DNA of 12,779 bases from contig JAHQWW010000110.1 of NCBI GenBank assembly GCA_029856365.1, positions 1 through 12,779 of the forward strand. Direction: 5' to 3'. A program made the translations under genes and the position numbers. This DNA is from Candidatus Hodarchaeota archaeon. Its GTDB lineage: Archaea > Asgardarchaeota > Heimdallarchaeia > Hodarchaeales > Hodarchaeaceae. Shown in pieces: positions 7,648 through 12,779 of the stretch (position 1 is its first letter; each line of letters opens with the position of its first letter). The notes under the pieces are model-generated. The model ran no database searches and was not told the DNA's origin. It saw nothing but the letters and a program-made list of their open reading frames with translations.

Positions 7648-9078
7648 ATGCTAAAATTGTCTATTTTAACACAACAACAACAAGATTCAATTCATGTGGC
7701 CGCACTAAATGTACTAAAAACCGTCGGTTGTGAGATTCAAGATAAGAAATGGCTAGATCTCTTATCGAAAAACGGAGTAAAAGTCGATTTCAAAACTTCA
7801 AAGGTGTTTATAACTGATGAAGACATTGTTAACTCCTCACTTGAATCCTGTGGTCACTCAATTAAATATGCAGCCAGAGATCCCCAAAAAGATTGGATTA
7901 TAGGGCAAGGGGCAGCTAAAACCCATACACCTGAAGGCATGACACACATTATCGATCTAGAATCAAGACTTTACCGAGAAGCCAAATTATCAGATCTGGC
8001 AGATCTCACAAAAATTTGTGATTTTCTCCCCAATATCGATGGAGTAATCGATCCTGTGGTTCCTTATGATGTTCCTCCTACATTACAAAGTGTAATAATT
8101 ACAAAAACACTGATAGAAAATACGACGAAACCAGTCGATCCAGCAGGAATTGCTTTGAAGGAAGGTTTTCCTTATGTCATGCAGATGCTCATTACTCTCC
8201 TTGGGGATCGTGATATATCAGAATATAGTTTAGGTGTTGGTGTTACTGCTACAAGTCCATTACAATTTCCATTTGACCAATTAGATACCTATTGGCAAGG
8301 AATTGAGCTTGGATCATCCTGTGATGTTGGTTCGATGCCACAAGCGGGATCAACAGCTCCAGCCTCTCTAGCAGGGACATTAACTTTGTTCGTAGCTGAA
8401 ATACTAATGGGACTCATTATGGGACAGATAAAAAAGCCTGGATTATCCCAGTTTGTCTTTGTGAGGCCTTGTCTTTCGAATCCACGTTTTGGGATTTTTA
8501 ATTCAGGTCCACCCGAAGTTGGATTGCTCCAAGCAGCAGCCACTCAATTATGTAAAGAAAAATACGGCCTCCTTGTTAATGCGGGTTGGGGAGTAAGTGA
8601 TTCTCAGTGCATTAATCCCCAAGTAGCCTATGAGAAATGTTATATCTGGATGATGTCGCTAGCTGCTGGTGCAGATATGATTTCAGGTGTTGGAGGCCTC
8701 GGTAGCGGGTTAATATCTTCTCCCGCACAAATTGTTATTGATGATGAAATCATTGCTCACCTTAGACGAGGTGTCCAAGGAATTATTGTAGATGATTTCC
8801 ATTTAGGCGTGGAAATGATTGAAGATATTGGTATTGGTCAAACATTTCTTTTCCATCCAAAAACAAGCCAAATTATTAGGGAAGAATGGTTATTATCTGA
8901 ACTCCCAAACCGAAATTCGTATAATACATGGAAAGTTGAAGGTGCAGCTGATTTAGTTAGTAGAGCAGAAAAAAATGCTAAAGAAATTCTTACGAAGCAT
9001 AAAGTAGAAGCTTTGGATCCCAATCTAGAAGAAGACCTTAATTGTATCCTTAAAGAGGCCAAAAAAATGTTACTATAA
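7648..9078 (+). CDS. Trimethylamine methyltransferase (MttB) superfamily protein, non-pyrrolysine type
   Basis: IHVAALNVLKTVG, ARDP, NTTKP, SPLQF, MPQAGSTAPASLAGTL, GPPE, SDSQ-x-x-x-x-QVAYEK and QIVIDDEI motifs. Uninterrupted 476-aa ORF with Val316 (GTA) at the position equivalent to Pyl. Confidence 0.9.
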   Translation: MLKLSILTQQQQDSIHVAALNVLKTVGCEIQDKKWLDLLSKNGVKVDFKTSKVFITDEDIVNSSLESCGHSIKYAARDPQKDWIIGQGAAKTHTPEGMTHIIDLESRLYREAKLSDLADLTKICDFLPNIDGVIDPVVPYDVPPTLQSVIITKTLIENTTKPVDPAGIALKEGFPYVMQMLITLLGDRDISEYSLGVGVTATSPLQFPFDQLDTYWQGIELGSSCDVGSMPQAGSTAPASLAGTLTLFVAEILMGLIMGQIKKPGLSQFVFVRPCLSNPRFGIFNSGPPEVGLLQAAATQLCKEKYGLLVNAGWGVSDSQCINPQVAYEKCYIWMMSLAAGADMISGVGGLGSGLISSPAQIVIDDEIIAHLRRGVQGIIVDDFHLGVEMIEDIGIGQTFLFHPKTSQIIREEWLLSELPNRNSYNTWKVEGAADLVSRAEKNAKEILTKHKVEALDPNLEEDLNCILKEAKKMLL

Positions 9079-9138
9079 GGATAGATACTTTATTGTCTCT
9101 TCAGGGTCTCGAAAATTTGAATTGTAATTTTAATAAGC

Positions 9139-9981
9139 TTATATATGGTTTTCAAGCCATTCCTTTAAATCTGTTAATACTTGGTTACGCGCAGGCTCTG
9201 GTTCATTGTAAACTTCGTGATATAGTCCCTTATATTGTTTTAGCTGTTTATCAGTGGCTGTTATGTACGAAAACAGCTCAGACGTGTCAAGAGTGAGTTT
9301 ATCGAGTTCTCCTGATTGAACTAAAATAGGAAGCTGAATTTTTGACAAAGATTCAGGTAGCTTTTTAGTGATATTCAAATATTCTGCTCCAAGACGATAC
9401 GTTATGAATGTAAATATCAATGGATCGTTCTTGTAGGCTTCAACGACTTTTGGATCACTAGAAACATCATCAGCTAAGTTAGTATTAATCTTTCCTTTCG
9501 GCCTAATCCTTGAAAGAATTCCTGAAATTAAAACAAGTAATGGATTAACCTTACTTGTAGCGGGGTAACCAAATCCTGAAAAAACAACTCCAATCAATTC
9601 ATCTGGATATCTTATCGCATAGTCAACAGCAATTATAACCCCCATTGAGTGTCCTAACAGGAAAAGTGGGATATCTCCCTGCTGTTCTTTGATAAGCTGA
9701 GTAAATCTCTTTGCATCCTCAGAGTAGTCATTAAAACTATTCACATAACCCCTTGCACCCTCTGATTTTCCATGGCCTCGGAGATCATTGCAATAGATGA
9801 TAAAACCATTTGGAACTAAAAAATTAACCACATTCATATAGCGAGAACTATGTTCTGCCAATCCATGAGCAATTTGAATAATGGCTTTTGGTTTTCCCTC
9901 TGGTTGCCATACTTGATAGTATAAATTGAGGCCATCATACGTGGTAAAATATTCTTCTTTATGTTTCATTATTTTTCCCAT
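9139..9981 (-). CDS. Alpha/beta hydrolase, monoacylglycerol lipase/lysophospholipase (Hydrolase_4) family
   Basis: HGLAEHSSRY, DLRGHGKSEG, nucleophile elbow GHSMG, GELD (catalytic Asp) and GLYHEVYNE (catalytic His). Confidence 0.92.
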   Translation of the reverse strand: MGKIMKHKEEYFTTYDGLNLYYQVWQPEGKPKAIIQIAHGLAEHSSRYMNVVNFLVPNGFIIYCNDLRGHGKSEGARGYVNSFNDYSEDAKRFTQLIKEQQGDIPLFLLGHSMGVIIAVDYAIRYPDELIGVVFSGFGYPATSKVNPLLVLISGILSRIRPKGKINTNLADDVSSDPKVVEAYKNDPLIFTFITYRLGAEYLNITKKLPESLSKIQLPILVQSGELDKLTLDTSELFSYITATDKQLKQYKGLYHEVYNEPEPARNQVLTDLKEWLENHI

Positions 9982-10110
9982 ATCACATTCATCGAAATAA
10001 TCAAATGATTAAGCCATATAATTGTTAAGTTTTTACACTTTCCCCATAAATAACGCTTTTTTGAGGCATTCAAAATATATTATCATACTTTGTTTAATAT
10101 CTCTAATAGC

Positions 10111-10134
10111 AGGTGTAAATACGAATTTATACCT
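10111..10134. other. Near-perfect palindrome between the NUDIX and lipase genes (terminator stem or operator)
   Basis: AGGTGTAAAT-ACGA-ATTTATACCT: 9 of 10 arm positions are complementary, with a 4-nt spacer. Confidence 0.4.
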
Positions 10135-10163
10135 TAATCTAATATTTCTTTATCTTGCAATAA

Positions 10164-10766
10164 TTAGAAAATATAATTCTGAAAACACGATAATTGCGTA
10201 AATGCTTTCCAATGTTCTGCAATTAGTTTAACAGAACCAAATGGTACCATTATAGCGCTCCTAGGAATGTTATATTCCTCTTGCTCTTGAATCAGACAAC
10301 CACTGTTCAATAAATCTCGTAATTTGCCTCCCTGAACTAAATGTGGTAATATATGCAGGAGAGCAGGAACTTCCATCATTGGAGTAGGAGGAGAAGAGAG
10401 ATGTCCAAGATATACACAAACGGTCATTTGCAGTTTGTATGAATTATAGATAAGAATGGGGGTGATCTCGTCCTCTAGTACATAACACTCGAATTTAGGA
10501 GCTTCTAATTCGCAGTACAATGTTTGATTAGACGATTGAAGCTCCACTTCACATCCCAATTCCTCATTTAACTCTCTGTGAGTAGCCTCTATTATTGTTT
10601 CTCCTATTTCAACATGACCTCCTGTGTTAGTGAATGTAATTATCCAAGTATCATTGGTTTTTTTCCAATAGTCCTTTTTTCCAATTACAAAAACTAATCT
10701 CCCGTCATATTTTATAATTACTCCATTTCCCAGTTTTTCGTATTTTAAAAGATCTGAAACTATCAT
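10164..10766 (-). CDS. NUDIX hydrolase
   Basis: Intact Nudix box GGHVEIGETIIEATHRELNEELG (G-x5-E-x7-RE-L-x-EE-x-G). Confidence 0.88.
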   Translation of the reverse strand: MIVSDLLKYEKLGNGVIIKYDGRLVFVIGKKDYWKKTNDTWIITFTNTGGHVEIGETIIEATHRELNEELGCEVELQSSNQTLYCELEAPKFECYVLEDEITPILIYNSYKLQMTVCVYLGHLSSPPTPMMEVPALLHILPHLVQGGKLRDLLNSGCLIQEQEEYNIPRSAIMVPFGSVKLIAEHWKAFTQLSCFQNYIF

Positions 10767-10961
10767 TCTTTAGACTTCTTGAGGGCTTTGTATGCAGGGA
10801 GGATGATTTCTAGCTGCCAAAAATACACTTTTTATTCTATGGTTTGTGAAGATGTCCTAAGAGGTTGGTTAAACTATGAAAAATATATACAGAGGTAAAT
10901 ATGACTTTATTCCAGCGAGATGAATCTTTTATATCTGAACAGTAATAGGGAAAACTAATAC

Positions 10962-11975
10962 TCATGCAAATTGATCACCAATCAAACCACTTCGGCGATA
11001 ATACTCCAGTTGCTTAAGATCATGAGATGCAACTAGATTAATTGACTCTTCTGGGTTATTCCAGATATTATCGAAAAGCCATCTTAGTTGGTGACCTAAG
11101 AGTCCTCCGTTTTCATATCTGATTAACATACCTATCCTTGAATGATTGGTAAGGTGTTTAATATTGATTAGATTCCAGGCAATGTCACCAATGAATAGAA
11201 ATTCTTCTCCATTTTTCAATTGAACATAAATCATTTGGGAACCATAACTATGGCCAGGAGCTTTGATTAACACAATCCCTGGAACAAGAACATGATACTG
11301 ATCATATTCGAATGGAATATAATCATCCAATACATCTTGTGGAAAATTGGCCATCTTAATTGTATGACCAGATATTTGTTCAGAGGTTAAGACAGCTTTC
11401 CTCATAAGTTCATTAATATAAGGTGATTGAGCAATTCCGCCTATATGATCCCAATATTCATGAGTTACAAGGATGAAATCAGCTTCCAGTAATGCTTTCT
11501 GCATAATATTGAAATTCTTCTCATAAAAAGCATTCCCCTTAATCCCCAAGAGTTTAAAACGGCAGAACTTGTCATATAACGCTTTATTGAAAGGACATTC
11601 AATGATAATAGTTTTATCTTTATATACTACCTGAAATGATGTAAAAGAAATGTGAAAATTATGAGGGGCCCCTCCTGCAACAACAATCCAGTCTGGAATT
11701 TCCCCCTCTGCTACTATCAAACTATTTAAATGAGTCGGAAGCTGCCTCTGTTCTGATGTAGCTAGGTTTCTGACGATCTCAAGATCCAAGGTAAAATTAG
11801 AAATTTCAGGAATAGAATTTTTCTCAAAAAGGAAGTATTCGAATAGCCAAAGAGTACTTGATAGAAAAACTACTAGAAGAGTAGTCGGTAAACTCAATAA
11901 TGAGAATGTGAATCCAACTAATGAACAAAGAATACTAATTGGACATAGTAATCTTAAGCACTTTCTCAATCGCAT
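10962..11975 (-). CDS. Metallo-beta-lactamase-fold hydrolase with an N-terminal membrane segment and a variant metal motif
   Basis: THEYWDHIGG (HxHxDH with the second His replaced by Tyr), APGHSYGSQ, FIGDIAW and ASHD. Hydrophobic N-terminus. Confidence 0.85.
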   Translation of the reverse strand: MRLRKCLRLLCPISILCSLVGFTFSLLSLPTTLLVVFLSSTLWLFEYFLFEKNSIPEISNFTLDLEIVRNLATSEQRQLPTHLNSLIVAEGEIPDWIVVAGGAPHNFHISFTSFQVVYKDKTIIIECPFNKALYDKFCRFKLLGIKGNAFYEKNFNIMQKALLEADFILVTHEYWDHIGGIAQSPYINELMRKAVLTSEQISGHTIKMANFPQDVLDDYIPFEYDQYHVLVPGIVLIKAPGHSYGSQMIYVQLKNGEEFLFIGDIAWNLINIKHLTNHSRIGMLIRYENGGLLGHQLRWLFDNIWNNPEESINLVASHDLKQLEYYRRSGLIGDQFA

Positions 11976-11986
11976 CCTTAAGCCCT

Positions 11987-12778
11987 CTATGAAATTACTT
12001 GACCATAGACCGCTGATTTAGGTTCTTCATTGCTAGGAAGAGGGCCATGACCAGCAGCAGCGTTTGAAAGAAGGTGATTCCACCTATTCCAATTTGTAGC
12101 AAAGGTTATTGCATTACTTGGGCAATGAGAGACACAGGAACCACAATGAATACAACTTGGGCTTCCCTCAGAAATAGTTGGTCTCTTATCAATCATTTCA
12201 ATCCTTTGAACAGGACAATTGGCAGAACACTTCCCACAGTGGATACATTTTTCGTAGTCTATCACTAGTTTGGGGTAAAAGTGGTTTTGCCAAAGTTTTT
12301 CCCGAAAAATTGTTTTAGCTTTAATTTGGACTAATAATTTCTGATAACAGAATTTTTTGGAAACATCCACATACTCCACTCCATTCAGAATTTTATTTGA
12401 TATTTCTTCAATCAAATGACTGATTTCTTCTCCAGGCATACCCTCATTTACCTTCACTGTAATTTGGGGTAACTTTGTCAATGAGTGTTGAGAATTGATC
12501 TTCATTCCGGCGATAGGTATTCGACCTGTTTTCTTCAAGAGATTTCCTGCTTCTTGGAGAGCAACACCCGAATTTATTCCCCCATAAGTTATAAATGGAA
12601 TTGCAAAACGTCCCCATCCGTTACGTGGTGGAGGGAGGGATTTAATGATATCTTGGACATTATAATGCAGGTGATGGGCATAAACGGGAGATCCAATGCA
12701 AAGTATATCATGTTCTTCTACATGTTGTTTCATATATTGATTAAATGTTCTGTACTTAAATAATTCTTTTACTCTTGT
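11987..12778 (-). CDS. Flavodoxin-like domain plus 2x[4Fe-4S] ferredoxin fusion (EFR1-like); 5' end lies beyond the window
   Basis: IGSPVY and FITYGG flavodoxin-like motifs, plus CIHCGKCSANCP and CIHCGSCVSHCP. The frame stays open upstream of 12733 to the window edge (TRVKELFKYRTFNQYM), so the track's start is probably internal. Confidence 0.85.
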   Translation of the reverse strand, partial: TRVKELFKYRTFNQYMKQHVEEHDILCIGSPVYAHHLHYNVQDIIKSLPPPRNGWGRFAIPFITYGGINSGVALQEAGNLLKKTGRIPIAGMKINSQHSLTKLPQITVKVNEGMPGEEISHLIEEISNKILNGVEYVDVSKKFCYQKLLVQIKAKTIFREKLWQNHFYPKLVIDYEKCIHCGKCSANCPVQRIEMIDKRPTISEGSPSCIHCGSCVSHCPSNAITFATNWNRWNHLLSNAAAGHGPLPSNEEPKSAVYGQVIS

Positions 12779-12779
12779 A

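Noticed and set aside
7648-9078. Pyrrolysine recoding in the MttB-family gene
   Set aside because: No in-frame TAG; the Pyl-equivalent codon is GTA (Val).
5022-11989. Stop-codon readthrough at the TAG stops (5022-5024, 6123-6125, 11987-11989)
   Set aside because: The first is followed by TAA within three codons. The other two fall where the protein is already complete or just before the next gene.
12119-12247. Repeated CIHCG-x-C-x3-CP segments
   Set aside because: Normal two-cluster ferredoxin architecture, not a novel repeat.
8289-12763. Short ORFs 8289-8543, 8838-9062, 9093-9296, 12074-12268 and 12485-12763
   Set aside because: Antisense to well-supported genes with no family motifs.
1-12779. 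CRISPR arrays, tRNA/rRNA genes, transposases or integrases
   Set aside because: No spaced repeats, cloverleaf-like GC-rich segments or mobile-element motifs seen by eye; intergenic regions are at most about 230 nt and AT-rich.

Overview
AT-rich prokaryotic window that looks archaeal. GGTG/GGTGA ribosome-binding motifs, TATA-like boxes about 28-30 nt before apparently leaderless starts, and a Ser/Thr-linker-TM-basic-tail surface anchor suggest an Asgard (Heimdall/Hodarchaeales-like) origin, but this is inference. It holds 12 protein-coding genes: a partial AbgB-like M20 amidohydrolase (missed by the ORF track), a maltose O-acetyltransferase, a membrane-anchored GH5 endoglucanase followed by an Asp-box surface protein and a translationally coupled polytopic membrane protein, a DUF362 protein, a full-length homologue of eukaryotic prenylcysteine oxidase (PCYOX1-like), a non-pyrrolysine MttB-family methyltransferase, a monoacylglycerol lipase-like hydrolase, a NUDIX hydrolase, a metallo-beta-lactamase-fold protein and a partial flavodoxin/2x[4Fe-4S] protein. 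I saw no RNA genes, CRISPR arrays or mobile elements. The most notable points are the prenylcysteine-oxidase-like gene in a prokaryote and an upstream motif it shares with the amidohydrolase 7 kb away. Together these hint at a co-regulated prenylcysteine or isoprenoid salvage system.
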